Under the pieces are notes generated by a model. That model was not told the origin of the DNA. It ran no database searches and saw nothing but the letters and a program-made list of their open reading frames with translations. From an uncultured Bacteroidales bacterium (GTDB taxonomy: Bacteria > Bacteroidota > Bacteroidia > Bacteroidales > UBA3824), in assembly GCA_947168365.1 (NCBI GenBank), contig CAMVLO010000009.1:11141-75140 (forward strand): a DNA stretch of 64,000 bases, in the 5' to 3' direction. This document shows, piece after piece, positions 21,084 to 32,103 of the stretch. Position numbers and translations under genes: made by a program. The number at the start of each line of letters is the position of its first letter. The stretch's first letter is position 1.

Positions 21084-22496
21084 TTATCTGCTTTGCAACA
21101 ATTCTGTTACAGGCTGAATAAGCTTATCAACACTACCGGCACCTAATGTAAGAAGTACTTGTACATCAAGTTCTTTGATTTTCAGAATGATATGTTCGGT
21201 ATCACTGATGAGAAATGTATTTTTGTTTTTCATCAGACCGGCTATCATCTTGGAATCAACACCCGGTATTGGTTTTTCTCTTGCCGGATAAATATCCATG
21301 AGAATTACCTCATCAAGCAAATCAAGCGACTTTGCAAAATCTGTTGCGAAATCTCTTGTACGTGTATACAAATGCGGCTGAAAAATTCCAGTGATTTTCT
21401 TTTCAGGGAAAAGTTCTCTCACTGAATTTATTGTAGCCGAAAGCTCTTTAGGATGATGTGCATAATCATCGATGTAAACAACATTTTCGTTTTGCACATG
21501 AAAATCCAATCTGCGCTTTACGCCTTTGAAAGTAGCCACGCCTTCTTTAATAGAATCGTTGTCGATACCGGCAGATTGCGCAGCTGCAACACACGCCATT
21601 GTATTTTCAACATTTACTCTGCCTCTGGCTCCTATTGTAATATCTTTGATAAGACCATAAGGAGTCATAGCATCAATTGTGTAAGTTCCGTTTTCGAGTC
21701 GGATGTTTTCCGCATAATAATCGGCACCCTTGTCGTTATCGGAATATGTAAGCTTTTTAATATCTTTGGTATTGATAATATCTTCAATTTTTTTGTTGAC
21801 AATTACCACGCCGTCTTTTTTACCTTTTTGAGCAAACTTGTTGAAAGTATCAATCAAATCAGCTCTGTCTTTGTAGATGTCCAAATGGTCTTCATCCACA
21901 TAGGTAATAACAGTAACATTAGGAGTCAACCACAAAAAAGACCTGTCAAACTCGTCAGCCTCAGCCACAAGGAGAGTTTTAGAGCTTTCAAAGTCTGAAT
22001 GTTTCTTCGGCATCATCAAGTTGCTGTTGATGTTCTTGGAAATACCTCCAAGAAATGCGAAGTTATCTTTTCCGGCGCAATGCAAAATATTGGCAATCAC
22101 ACTGGAAGTAGTGGTTTTGCCATGAGTACCAGAAACCGCAATTGTAGTATAATTGTCGGATATCATACCCAAAACTCTTGCACGCTTCAACATAAAATAT
22201 CTGTTGCCGGCGAAGTATCCGAATATTTTGTTAACAGTAGGAACAGCAGGTGTAAAAACTACCATAGTTTTGTCCTGTTCTGCCATACACTGCATCGGAA
22301 TCAATGAGATGTCATCGTTGTAAACTATCTTGATTCCTTCATTTTCAAGTTGTTGGGTAAGTTCGGATTTTGTTAAATCATAACCGAACACGTTTTTTCC
22401 CAATGAATTGAAGTAACGAGCTAACGCGCTCATTCCAATTCCGCCTATACCTAAAAAATATACGTTGTTGATTTTGTCAAAATGATTCATTTTCAA
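21084..22496 (-). CDS. murC: UDP-N-acetylmuramate--L-alanine ligase
   Basis: The 470-aa ORF contains YFLGIGGIGMSALA, VSGTHGKTTTSS and DDYAHHP. Confidence 0.95.
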   Translation of the reverse strand: MKMNHFDKINNVYFLGIGGIGMSALARYFNSLGKNVFGYDLTKSELTQQLENEGIKIVYNDDISLIPMQCMAEQDKTMVVFTPAVPTVNKIFGYFAGNRYFMLKRARVLGMISDNYTTIAVSGTHGKTTTSSVIANILHCAGKDNFAFLGGISKNINSNLMMPKKHSDFESSKTLLVAEADEFDRSFLWLTPNVTVITYVDEDHLDIYKDRADLIDTFNKFAQKGKKDGVVIVNKKIEDIINTKDIKKLTYSDNDKGADYYAENIRLENGTYTIDAMTPYGLIKDITIGARGRVNVENTMACVAAAQSAGIDNDSIKEGVATFKGVKRRLDFHVQNENVVYIDDYAHHPKELSATINSVRELFPEKKITGIFQPHLYTRTRDFATDFAKSLDLLDEVILMDIYPAREKPIPGVDSKMIAGLMKNKNTFLISDTEHIILKIKELDVQVLLTLGAGSVDKLIQPVTELLQSR

Positions 22497-22547
22497 CTAA
22501 AATCACAAAAAAATTATATAAATACTAACAATTAATTATAAAAAAAC

Positions 22548-23450
22548 TTATTCATTTGCAGTCGAGACATTGTTGATATTACCAATCAAAACATCTACTC
22601 TATTTAGCAAATTCAAGACAGTAGTTTTGTCGCATCTGTCTTTTTTGAGTTCGTCAGTTGCTGAATGCAAGCACTGAAGAGCCGAAGTGATGTTGCTGGT
22701 TTTATTCAAAAATGTCAAAAGTTGATTGCGACGCTCTTTCAAAAGATTGAGCTTATATGCTTCAACCAAATTATGTTTGCCTTCGTATGGTTGGAAAACA
22801 TATTTAGAGAGTTTTTCTTCGTTGAAAGATGATTCCGGAATAGAAGCGAGAGTATTCTGGTAATCAATGAAAGACTGATTCAAATTTGCACTCCAAGTTT
22901 TGATATCATCGCTCCAAATTTCTTCCAATGCCAAAAACAAGCAAGACATTACAGCGCTTTCGCTATAACGTTTGGAATTGATATGCGATTTAACAACTTT
23001 AACAGTTTGTAATGCAACTGAATCACCAAGAGTAGAATAGTAAGATGTGATGTTGTTACAGCATTTAGAAAACGCGTCTTGTTTACCGGTAAAACCGTTG
23101 TCAGCCAACACTGCATATTCCGAAGCCACTTGCTTGTAAAGATAAAGTAACTGCAATTTTACTTGCATCGAATCGTTTACAAGACCAACATGCGGATAAT
23201 CGATATCAGAATTAGCTAAAATACCACTGACAGCATTTTCAAATTCGCTATCAAATGTAAGATTATCAACCTCTTGATATGCCTTAACTATAACATCGAC
23301 AACCAATGATGTCTTTTCAGCCAAAGTGGTCTCAAGCTTCGATTTTGATGTAGTAAAAGTATCGGTCAAAGAAGAATCTGAACAACTTTGAACGAACAAT
23401 GCAGCCACAAATGCAGCTACAGAGTATATTAGTATTTTTGCGCGTTTCAT
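22548..23450 (-). CDS. Hypothetical helical lipoprotein inserted in the dcw cluster
   Basis: The 300-aa ORF starts MKRAKILIYSVAAFVAALFVQSCSD (lipobox). I recognised no family. It is co-oriented between murG and murC with gaps of 61 and 51 nt. Confidence 0.65.
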   Translation of the reverse strand: MKRAKILIYSVAAFVAALFVQSCSDSSLTDTFTTSKSKLETTLAEKTSLVVDVIVKAYQEVDNLTFDSEFENAVSGILANSDIDYPHVGLVNDSMQVKLQLLYLYKQVASEYAVLADNGFTGKQDAFSKCCNNITSYYSTLGDSVALQTVKVVKSHINSKRYSESAVMSCLFLALEEIWSDDIKTWSANLNQSFIDYQNTLASIPESSFNEEKLSKYVFQPYEGKHNLVEAYKLNLLKERRNQLLTFLNKTSNITSALQCLHSATDELKKDRCDKTTVLNLLNRVDVLIGNINNVSTANE

Positions 23451-23511
23451 ATTTTTACAAAATTTTACAGCGTAAAAGTAAATATTTTTTTTTGTTTACA
23501 AAAATATGCAA

Positions 23512-24606
23512 TTATTTTTTTATCAATTTTAATATTTCTCCTGCAATTATCTCAGCTGAATTGGGAATAGCAAGTTTTGAAATATTATTAGAAAAAATAT
23601 TACGTTTTTCCTTGTTGTTTACCAACTCTAATACAGTTTCAAAAAATTTTTCCTCGGCTTCATTATCTTTAAGCATCTCGGCAGCATTTTCGTTTACCAA
23701 AGCCATTGCATTCTTAGTTTGGTGATCTTCAGCGACATTGGGCGAGGGTATGAAAATCACCGGCTTTTTTGCAAGACATAATTCTGATACCGACAAAGCT
23801 CCCGATCTTGAAACTACAACGTCAGCAACTGTATAAGCCAAATCCATACGTTTTACAAAAGCCATTGCATGGATATCAGGACAATTTTTTGTTGACATCT
23901 GTTTTTCAATATCATCGTAATAATATTTTCCCGTTTGCCATATTAACTGTACATTGGATTTCTGAAGTTTTTCAACACAAGCCATGATACTTTTGTTGAT
24001 AGTCCCGGCTCCAAGACTTCCTCCAATAGACAATATCGTAAGTTTTTCCGGATTAAGCTTAAAAAAGTTAACGGCTTCTTCTCTTGTTGATGTATTGTTA
24101 ACAATATCAGCACGAACCGGATTTCCTGTAAAAACAATTTTGTCAGCATCAAAATACTTGTCCATATTGCGATAAGCAGTAAAAATCTTAACCGCTTTTT
24201 TTGCAAGTATCTGATTAGTAACTCCGGCATGAGAATTTTGTTCCTGAAGTACAATCGGGATTCCGGCTTTGGAAGCAGCTCTCAAAATCGGTCCACTTGC
24301 ATATCCGCCAACACCTACAGCAATATCAGGACGAAAATCCTTGATTATTTTTTTGGCTTTTATCATGCACGACATCAATTTGAACGGCAACGTAATATTC
24401 TTAAAAAGATGTTTACGTTGGAAACCCGCAGCCGGCAAACCAATAATTTTGAATCCTGCAGCCGGAACTTTTTCCATCTCAATTTTGTCTTTCGCACCTA
24501 CAAAAAGGATGTCGATACTCTCATCTATTTTTCTCAGTGCTTGAGCAATTGCGATAGCGGGGAAAACATGTCCGCCGGTTCCGCCACCTCCGATTAAAAC
24601 TTTCAT
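23512..24606 (-). CDS. murG: UDP-GlcNAc:lipid I N-acetylglucosaminyltransferase MurG
   Basis: The 364-aa ORF starts MKVLIGGGGTGGHVFPAIAIA and contains SRSGALSVSEL and HQTKNA. Confidence 0.95.
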   Translation of the reverse strand: MKVLIGGGGTGGHVFPAIAIAQALRKIDESIDILFVGAKDKIEMEKVPAAGFKIIGLPAAGFQRKHLFKNITLPFKLMSCMIKAKKIIKDFRPDIAVGVGGYASGPILRAASKAGIPIVLQEQNSHAGVTNQILAKKAVKIFTAYRNMDKYFDADKIVFTGNPVRADIVNNTSTREEAVNFFKLNPEKLTILSIGGSLGAGTINKSIMACVEKLQKSNVQLIWQTGKYYYDDIEKQMSTKNCPDIHAMAFVKRMDLAYTVADVVVSRSGALSVSELCLAKKPVIFIPSPNVAEDHQTKNAMALVNENAAEMLKDNEAEEKFFETVLELVNNKEKRNIFSNNISKLAIPNSAEIIAGEILKLIKK

Positions 24607-24649
24607 AATCCGAATTATATTGTTTTTACTAAAAAATATACTTTATCAA

Positions 24650-25852
24650 CTATCCTGCAATAAACGGATAATCAGTAATTTCTTCCACATTTTGTTCTTC
24701 TTCAATTTCTTCCACAAGTTCTTTCTTGCCGGCATATCTCGAGATGTTGAGAATAATTCCGACCGAAATCGATGTAAAAATAATTGAAGTACCACCCATA
24801 CTAACAAATGGTAACGGCTGACCTGTTACAGGCGTGATATTCACAGCAACCAACATGTTGGCAAGAGCTTGGAAAATTATATTAAGCGACAATCCCAACG
24901 ACAAAAACATCGGGAACGCCCGCTCGGAATTTCGTATGGTATACAAACACCTATAGAAAAAAATCAAGTAAAATATCATAACACCCAAACCGCCAATCAA
25001 TCCGTACTCTTCACAAATGATTGAAAATATAAAATCGGAATACGGATGCGGCAAAGAGTTACGCTGAACACTTCCGCCCGGACCAACACCTGTTAATCCG
25101 CCACGTGCTACTGCAATTTTGGATTGTTCTGCCTGATAATTTGATTCCCGACTCGATTCGCTATCGGACGACATAAATGTTTCTACACGACTTTTCCATG
25201 TATCAACACGAGAATGGAAACCCAAAAGTGATGCAAATAATATCAACAAAATACCTGCACCGATACAAATTCCAATTCCGGCAAAAATCCATTTTATTTT
25301 GACTCTTGCTATAAATAATACAAACAAAGAGGTAAAACCTACCAAAAATGCGGTAGAAAAATTACCGAGAAGTATTAATCCGCAAACTCCAACAATCGCT
25401 ATCAAACATTTTTTGAACCCGGCAAACAACTGTTCCTCAGAATCTTGTGACACGGAAAGAACTTTTGCCAAATACAACATCAAACTTACCTTTGCCAAAT
25501 CGGAAGTTTGAAACGAGATTCCGGTTAAAGGTATTGTAAACCAACGTTTTGCATCGTTAGTAGATGATTCAAACAATGTAAGGAACAACAAGCCCAACGA
25601 AACCCATAATAATGGTCGCGCTAATTTGAAATAAAATTTGTAAGAAAGACGACTTGTGAAATACATCACAAAAAATCCAACTACAATAAAAATGAAATGT
25701 TTGAAAATATAATAAACCGTGTTGCCGCCTTGATATTTGTAGGCAAGCATCGACGTGGAACTATACACAGCTGCAAGACTTACGAATGTTAATACAAACA
25801 CCGTAAACCAAATAGTGCGATCTCCTTTTAGTAAATTAAAAAAACTTTTCAT
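24650..25852 (-). CDS. ftsW: SEDS-family peptidoglycan glycosyltransferase FtsW
   Basis: The 400-aa polytopic ORF contains PHPYSDFIFSIICEEYG and PFVSMGGTS. It sits in the dcw position of ftsW. Confidence 0.9.
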   Translation of the reverse strand: MKSFFNLLKGDRTIWFTVFVLTFVSLAAVYSSTSMLAYKYQGGNTVYYIFKHFIFIVVGFFVMYFTSRLSYKFYFKLARPLLWVSLGLLFLTLFESSTNDAKRWFTIPLTGISFQTSDLAKVSLMLYLAKVLSVSQDSEEQLFAGFKKCLIAIVGVCGLILLGNFSTAFLVGFTSLFVLFIARVKIKWIFAGIGICIGAGILLILFASLLGFHSRVDTWKSRVETFMSSDSESSRESNYQAEQSKIAVARGGLTGVGPGGSVQRNSLPHPYSDFIFSIICEEYGLIGGLGVMIFYLIFFYRCLYTIRNSERAFPMFLSLGLSLNIIFQALANMLVAVNITPVTGQPLPFVSMGGTSIIFTSISVGIILNISRYAGKKELVEEIEEEQNVEEITDYPFIAG

Positions 25853-25868
25853 TTTTCATTACAAAAAA

Positions 25869-27209
25869 TTACATCATTTCCTTTACCTGATTCTTAAACT
25901 GCTCGCCGCGATCCTCGTAACATGTAAAAAGATCGAAACTTGCACATGCCGGCGACAACAAAACTGTATCTCCGCTTTTAGCAATTTCACGACATTTTTT
26001 CAAACATTCTGACATACTTTTGGTATCATAAATATCTACCATAGAATCGAATGCAGCATGAATTGCTTTGTTATCAACCCCCATTGCAACTATTGCACGT
26101 ACTTTTTCTTTTACAAGATTATCAAGTTGAGAATAGTCGTTACCTTTGTCAACACCGCCAAGAATCAATACAACTTTGGTTTTCATTGCGTCCAAAGCAT
26201 AGTAAACAGCGTCAACATTTGTTGCCTTGGAATCGTTGATATAAGTAACACCGTCAACAACTCCGGCAGGCTCTATTCTGTGCTCAATCGGTTGAAAAGA
26301 ATCAACGCTTTGTTTTATTTTGTCAACCGGAATTCCAAGATAAAGAGCAGTAAGAACAGCAGCCATGATATTACAATGATTGTGCTTACCCGCAAGTTGA
26401 AAACCTTCAGGAGAAATCGAATCATGATGTTCAGGCAATCTGACTTCCAAATTTCCGTTGTCCAAGAAATACGCACCAAGTTTCAACTCTTCTTTTACAG
26501 AAAAAGCCCAAACTTGCTGATTGAATGTACGTTTTTTAACTTCTTCAGCAGAAATAGGATCGTCGTTGAAATAAATAAAAACATCATTTTTACCCTGATT
26601 TTGGGTAATTCTGAATTTAGAATTTGTATAATTCTGCATTTTAAACTCGTAACGGTCAAGATGATCGGGAGTTACATTCATCAAAACCGCAACATCAGCT
26701 CTAAAATTATACATATTGTCGAGTTGGAAACTTGAAAGTTCCAAGACATAATAATCAAAAGGTTTATCCTCAGCTACTTGCATAGCGAAACTGCGTCCTA
26801 CATTACCACCTATGGCAACGTTAAGGCCGGCATCTTTCAAAATCTTGTAAGTAAGCTCAGTAGTAGTGGTTTTACCGTTGCTACCCGTGATACAAATCAT
26901 CTTGGCATTGGTGTAACGTCCGGCAAATTCAATTTCGGAAATTACACGAATATTTTTAGCAACAATTTTTTTGATAATCGGAGCATCATCACGAATACCG
27001 GGAGATTTGATAACTTCCTTTGCTTCAAGTATTTTGGATTCAGTATGACCGCCTTGTTCATATTCAAGTCCATATTTTTCGAGCAAATCGCGATAATTAT
27101 CTTTAATCTTACCAAAATCAGAAACAAAAACTTCAAAACCCTGTTTCTTAGCGAGAACAGCAGCACCAATACCGCTTTCTCCGGCTCCCAATACTACTAT
27201 TTTGTCCAT
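25869..27209 (-). CDS. murD: UDP-N-acetylmuramoylalanine--D-glutamate ligase
   Basis: The 446-aa ORF contains VLGAGESGIGAA, ITGSNGKTTTTE and NDSKATN. Confidence 0.95.
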   Translation of the reverse strand: MDKIVVLGAGESGIGAAVLAKKQGFEVFVSDFGKIKDNYRDLLEKYGLEYEQGGHTESKILEAKEVIKSPGIRDDAPIIKKIVAKNIRVISEIEFAGRYTNAKMICITGSNGKTTTTELTYKILKDAGLNVAIGGNVGRSFAMQVAEDKPFDYYVLELSSFQLDNMYNFRADVAVLMNVTPDHLDRYEFKMQNYTNSKFRITQNQGKNDVFIYFNDDPISAEEVKKRTFNQQVWAFSVKEELKLGAYFLDNGNLEVRLPEHHDSISPEGFQLAGKHNHCNIMAAVLTALYLGIPVDKIKQSVDSFQPIEHRIEPAGVVDGVTYINDSKATNVDAVYYALDAMKTKVVLILGGVDKGNDYSQLDNLVKEKVRAIVAMGVDNKAIHAAFDSMVDIYDTKSMSECLKKCREIAKSGDTVLLSPACASFDLFTCYEDRGEQFKNQVKEMM

Positions 27210-28456
27210 TATCTAATTTTTAAAGTTAAAACAGAAACTACAGCAAGGATAATTGCAACAATCAAAAATCTGGCAACGATTTTGGATTCGTGCATGCCTT
27301 TTTTCTGATAATGATGATGCAAAGGCGCCATCAAATAGAAATGTAAACCTTGTCCGTATTTTTTTAATGTATGTTTAAAATACCATACTTGCAACATCAC
27401 GCTGAGATTTTCTACGAGGAAAATTCCGCAGAAAATCGGAATCAACAATTCTTTTCTCACAAAAATTGCAAGTACTGCAATAATACCTCCGATAGTTAAA
27501 CTTCCGGTATCGCCCATAAAAATCTGAGCCGGATAAGCATTGAACCAAAGGAATCCTACTGTAGCTCCGATAAATGCAGATGTAAATACCACAACTTCAC
27601 CGATTCTCGGAATATACATTATATTAAGGTATTGTGAGAAAATTACGTTTCCCGATAAATAAGCAAATACAAGCAGCGTGGCTGCCGATACCGCCGACGT
27701 ACCCGAGGCCAAACCATCGATACCGTCAGTAATATTGGCGCCATTGGACACTGCTGTGATTATAAAGGTTACCACCAAAATAAAAATAATGCCGGCAACC
27801 CATCCGTATTTGTTGCTGTCTAAAAACCAGACAATTTTTGAGTAGTCAAATTCGTTGTTTTTCAAAAAAGGAACTGTTGTTTTCAAGGATTTAACATCGT
27901 TGCTTGATTGAGTGCCTTGAATTTCAGGAGTTTCATCTTGAAGCAACTGATGTACTTCCTGTGTTCCGACATGAACGTTTTCCCTTATTACAATATCCGG
28001 ACTGAGATAAATTGCTGTACCGATCACGATTCCTAAAAATACCTGACCGATAAGTTTGTATTTACCATCAAGACCATCTTTATTTTTCTTAAACACTTTG
28101 ATATAATCGTCAGCGAAACCGATTGCTCCGAGCCATACTGTAGTGAAAATCAGCAAAATAATATAAATATTACCGAGTTCACAAAGCAACAAAACCGGAA
28201 TAAGTATAGCACCGATAATCATCAGACCGCCCATTGTAGGAGTACCGGCTTTCTGATTCTGTCCCTCAAGATACAACGAACGAACGCTCTCTCCTACTTG
28301 TTTTGAACGCAAATAATTGATAAGACGTTTGCCCGCTATCATGGTGAACAACAGCGAGATAATTACAGCCATAGCCGAACGGAATGAGATGTAACTAAAC
28401 AATCTCGCTCCCGGAAAATCGTATTGTTGTAAATAATCAAACAAATAATATAACAT
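27209..28456 (-). CDS. mraY: Phospho-N-acetylmuramoyl-pentapeptide transferase
   Basis: The 415-aa membrane ORF contains [27 protein letters not shown] and APLHHHY. Confidence 0.96.
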   Translation of the reverse strand: MLYYLFDYLQQYDFPGARLFSYISFRSAMAVIISLLFTMIAGKRLINYLRSKQVGESVRSLYLEGQNQKAGTPTMGGLMIIGAILIPVLLLCELGNIYIILLIFTTVWLGAIGFADDYIKVFKKNKDGLDGKYKLIGQVFLGIVIGTAIYLSPDIVIRENVHVGTQEVHQLLQDETPEIQGTQSSNDVKSLKTTVPFLKNNEFDYSKIVWFLDSNKYGWVAGIIFILVVTFIITAVSNGANITDGIDGLASGTSAVSAATLLVFAYLSGNVIFSQYLNIMYIPRIGEVVVFTSAFIGATVGFLWFNAYPAQIFMGDTGSLTIGGIIAVLAIFVRKELLIPIFCGIFLVENLSVMLQVWYFKHTLKKYGQGLHFYLMAPLHHHYQKKGMHESKIVARFLIVAIILAVVSVLTLKIR

Positions 28457-28462
28457 GTTGTT

Positions 28463-29929
28463 TTACTTTATTAATAGTTGTAATTGTCCGCTAACAATTT
28501 CTTTATCATCAAAATGGTGACGTACACCGTTGATTTCCTGATAGTTTTCGTGTCCCTTGCCGGCAATAAGAATAATATCGCCTTCTTTTGCCATCATACA
28601 AGCAGTCTGAATTGCCGATTTACGGTCGGAAATTCTTACTACTTTTGCTAAATCAGTTGTATTCAATCCCGCAAACATGTCGTCAAGAATAGCTTCAGGA
28701 TTTTCAGTACGAGGATTATCCGAAGTTAAAATTACCTTGTCGGAAAGTTTGCAAGCCAACTGTGCCATAATCGGACGTTTTGACTTGTCACGATCGCCAC
28801 CGCAACCACATACAGTAATCAATGTAGAGGTTGATTTAGAAGCTGCTCTGATATCATCAATTGTATTCAACACATTTTCCAACGCATCAGGAGTATGTGC
28901 ATAGTCAACAATTGCCGTGATTTTAGCGATGTTAACAATATCGAATCTGCCTTTTACAGAATGTAAAGAACTAAGTTCTGTTAAAACTTCTTCAGGCTTT
29001 TGACCAAGCAAAACTGCTGAACTGTAAACAGCCAAAATATTGTAAGCATTGAATGTTCCGGGCAAGAATGTCCACATCTCTTTGCCACAGATATTCAACA
29101 ACATCCCTTCAAAACCGCATTCCAAAATCGAAGCTTTGAAATCTGTAAAACCTCTCAATCCGTATGTCTTGACTTCGGCTTTGGTATTTTGTACCATTAC
29201 CGAACCGTTTTTATCATCAGTATTTGTAAGAGCAAAAGCATCTTTGGGCAAATTATCAAAAAACAATTTCTTGGCTTTGATATATTCTTTGAATGTTTTG
29301 TGATAATCCAAATGGTCAAGTGTGATGTTGGAGAAAATACCGAGTTTGAATTTCAAGCCCGAAATACGTTTCTGAACCACAGAATGCGAACTTACTTCCA
29401 TGAAACAATATTCGCAACCTACTTCCACCATCTCCGCCAACAATTTGTTGATTGTAATAGGATCCGGTGTAGTATTGTGAGTCGGATAAACCTTTTCGTC
29501 AACATAATTTTCCACTGTAGAAAGCAAACCTGCCTTGAAACCCAATTTACGGAAAAGCTTATAAAGCAAAGTTGCTGTTGTGGTTTTACCATTTGTACCG
29601 GTTACGCCTGACAATGTAAGTTTTTCGGAAGGATAACCATAAAAAGCCGAAGCAATTTTACCAAGTCCGTCGGCTGTATCTTCCAATTTTACATAACAAA
29701 CGTTTTCCGACAACGTTTCAGGAAGATGTTCGCAAACTACTGCAACAGCTCCTTTTTTTACAACGTCATCTATAAAAGTGTGACCGTCAACCTTGGTACC
29801 GGCAACGGCTACAAAAAGTGTTTTTTCATTTATTTGTCTTGAATCTGATGTAATATCAAGGATATCCGTATCAAGATTTCCTTTCACTTCTTTTACATCG
29901 ATTCTCTCTAAGATGTCATTAAGTTTCAT
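28463..29929 (-). CDS. murE: UDP-MurNAc-L-Ala-D-Glu:meso-DAP ligase
   Basis: The 488-aa ORF contains GVTGTNGKTTTA, VDYAHTPDAL and DNPRTE. Confidence 0.95.
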   Translation of the reverse strand: MKLNDILERIDVKEVKGNLDTDILDITSDSRQINEKTLFVAVAGTKVDGHTFIDDVVKKGAVAVVCEHLPETLSENVCYVKLEDTADGLGKIASAFYGYPSEKLTLSGVTGTNGKTTTATLLYKLFRKLGFKAGLLSTVENYVDEKVYPTHNTTPDPITINKLLAEMVEVGCEYCFMEVSSHSVVQKRISGLKFKLGIFSNITLDHLDYHKTFKEYIKAKKLFFDNLPKDAFALTNTDDKNGSVMVQNTKAEVKTYGLRGFTDFKASILECGFEGMLLNICGKEMWTFLPGTFNAYNILAVYSSAVLLGQKPEEVLTELSSLHSVKGRFDIVNIAKITAIVDYAHTPDALENVLNTIDDIRAASKSTSTLITVCGCGGDRDKSKRPIMAQLACKLSDKVILTSDNPRTENPEAILDDMFAGLNTTDLAKVVRISDRKSAIQTACMMAKEGDIILIAGKGHENYQEINGVRHHFDDKEIVSGQLQLLIK

Positions 29930-29944
29930 ATACTTCAGTTTTTT

Positions 29945-32098
29945 CTATTTCAATTCGAGAACTACTTTAGTACCACTTTTAATACTTGAACCCATCGGTA
30001 TCGACTGAGTTTTTACCGCGCCGCGACCAACAACTGTCACAACAAGACCACGGTTTCTCAAGATACACAACGCATCACGCAAACCCATTCCCGTAACATC
30101 CGGCATAATGCCCTTACGAGTATCTACCGGATCCAAATGAATGGCATTCGGATTGGATCGTGCATCGGTATAAACGAACTGACTTTCAGTATTTTTACCG
30201 CTGTTTTCCACTTGAATATTAAATTTACTGAACAATCTGTCCAAAATTGCCCTATCACCGGATTTTGAATATGGATTTTGTTTTTCAAAATCTTTATGTT
30301 TCAACAAATCAAATTCCTTATTATCTGACTGCAAATCATAATCTTGCGAATACAACTTGTCAGAAATTGCTTTGAATACCGGACCAGCAACCGCACTACC
30401 GTAATACGAATCCTTTTTCGGAGAATTGATTACTACAATGCAAGAATATTTAGGCTTGTCTGCCGGAAAATATCCGACGAAAGATGCCAAATAACTCTTG
30501 TCGCCTTCTGCATTTACATAACCCGAATTAGCATTAGCAATCTGAGCTGTACCGGTTTTACCCGCAATTTGATAATTTTTTGAACGGATATTTTTTGCAG
30601 TACCATTCTCGACAACGCCTTTCAACAAGATTTTTACCTTTTCCAAAGTAGACTTGCTGCAAATAGCAGAGTTGAGAACCTCAGTTTTTTCTACCCGCTC
30701 TATTTCGCCGTGAGTTCTTACGGCTTCCAAAATATGAGGTCTTACCATCACACCGTCGTTAGCCACTGCATTATAAAATGTAAGAGTCTGCAACGGAGTA
30801 AGCCGCACCTCGTATCCGATTGAAATCTGTGTTAACGATACTGTACCCCACCAATCCTTGTCGCCCGGATATTTGAAATCAGGAATCGGCTCACCCGGAA
30901 TATCAATTTCGGTAAGTTTCTCCAAATGCATCTGATCCAAACGGTCGATAAATTCAGATTGATTTTTCTGATACGTATTGTAAATCAACCTTGCAACACC
31001 CACATTAGACGAATGTTCAAAAGCTTCACGGATTGTCATCTTAGGCGGCGCATCATGATCGTCCCTAATGATATGACCTGTACCGGGAATTTCAAACTGT
31101 CCGTTGCCGGGCGTCAAAATTGTATCATCGATGTCAGCACCTGTCTTCTCAAAAACTGTAATCAACGAAGCGAGCTTAAATGTAGAACCCGGCTCCGAAA
31201 GATTACCGACAGCATAGTTGTAATTTTCCGAAAAAGTACCGTCAGCATTCATATCAATATTTGCCATCGCCCTTATTTTTCCGGTTTTTACTTCCATTAC
31301 GATTACCGTACCATGCTTAGCATTGTTTTTAACAAGCTGGTTCATAAGGTTTTGTTCGGCAATATCTTGGATGTTGACATTTATTGTACTAATAACATCC
31401 TTGCCATCTTCCGCATCGAGCTGACCGTCCTCATCCACAGAAGAAGTAGCGTGATAATCGCCCGAAGGAAGCCTTGCCATAAGCTGCACACCATCATGAC
31501 CGGCAAGAATTTCGTCAAAACTTGCTTCCATACCGTATTTATGGTCGCCGGGTTTACCGATTGTTCTGGCAGCCAACGACTTATGAGGCAATGTTCTATT
31601 GTAACTACGTTCAATAATAAGTCCGCCCTTATTTTTTCCGCGATTGAAAATCGGAAACTTTTTAAGAGCTGCAACTTGCGTGAAAGTAACCTTGTTTCTC
31701 ACCAACACAAAGCGATTAGACTTCTGGGTACGTTTCTCGCGGAAATATTTTGCATATTCATCTTTTGACTTATCCTTGAAAAGTCTGCTGAGACAAGCCG
31801 ACAACGAATCGATATTATTGTTGAAAAGAGTATCTTTCAACACTTGCTTACTCATATCCCAATGCACAGAATAAAAAGGCATTGACGTAGCAAGAATACG
31901 ACCGTCGGCAGCACAGATGTCGCCTCGCAAAGCTTTTACTTCCGCCTCTTTCATGGAATTGGATTTAGCTTCCCATTCCTCGCCATGTCCCTGAAGATAA
32001 ATAATCTTCATAACAACGGCGATAACAGCTACCACCACCAATCCATAAATAAAGAACAGTTTTACAACTATATTGTGTTTAATATTATTTTCAACCAT
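29945..32098 (-). CDS. ftsI: Penicillin-binding protein 3 (FtsI-type transpeptidase) with a C-terminal PASTA-like domain
   Basis: The 717-aa ORF has an N-terminal TM and the motifs STFK (EPGSTFKL), SSN (HSSNVG) and KTG (GKTGTA). Confidence 0.92.
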   Translation of the reverse strand: MVENNIKHNIVVKLFFIYGLVVVAVIAVVMKIIYLQGHGEEWEAKSNSMKEAEVKALRGDICAADGRILATSMPFYSVHWDMSKQVLKDTLFNNNIDSLSACLSRLFKDKSKDEYAKYFREKRTQKSNRFVLVRNKVTFTQVAALKKFPIFNRGKNKGGLIIERSYNRTLPHKSLAARTIGKPGDHKYGMEASFDEILAGHDGVQLMARLPSGDYHATSSVDEDGQLDAEDGKDVISTINVNIQDIAEQNLMNQLVKNNAKHGTVIVMEVKTGKIRAMANIDMNADGTFSENYNYAVGNLSEPGSTFKLASLITVFEKTGADIDDTILTPGNGQFEIPGTGHIIRDDHDAPPKMTIREAFEHSSNVGVARLIYNTYQKNQSEFIDRLDQMHLEKLTEIDIPGEPIPDFKYPGDKDWWGTVSLTQISIGYEVRLTPLQTLTFYNAVANDGVMVRPHILEAVRTHGEIERVEKTEVLNSAICSKSTLEKVKILLKGVVENGTAKNIRSKNYQIAGKTGTAQIANANSGYVNAEGDKSYLASFVGYFPADKPKYSCIVVINSPKKDSYYGSAVAGPVFKAISDKLYSQDYDLQSDNKEFDLLKHKDFEKQNPYSKSGDRAILDRLFSKFNIQVENSGKNTESQFVYTDARSNPNAIHLDPVDTRKGIMPDVTGMGLRDALCILRNRGLVVTVVGRGAVKTQSIPMGSSIKSGTKVVLELK

Positions 32099-32103
32099 TT
32101 CTC

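Noticed and set aside
25869-29929. Absence of murF from the dcw cluster
   Set aside because: To my knowledge, Bacteroidota dcw clusters normally lack murF at this position, so this is not an anomaly.
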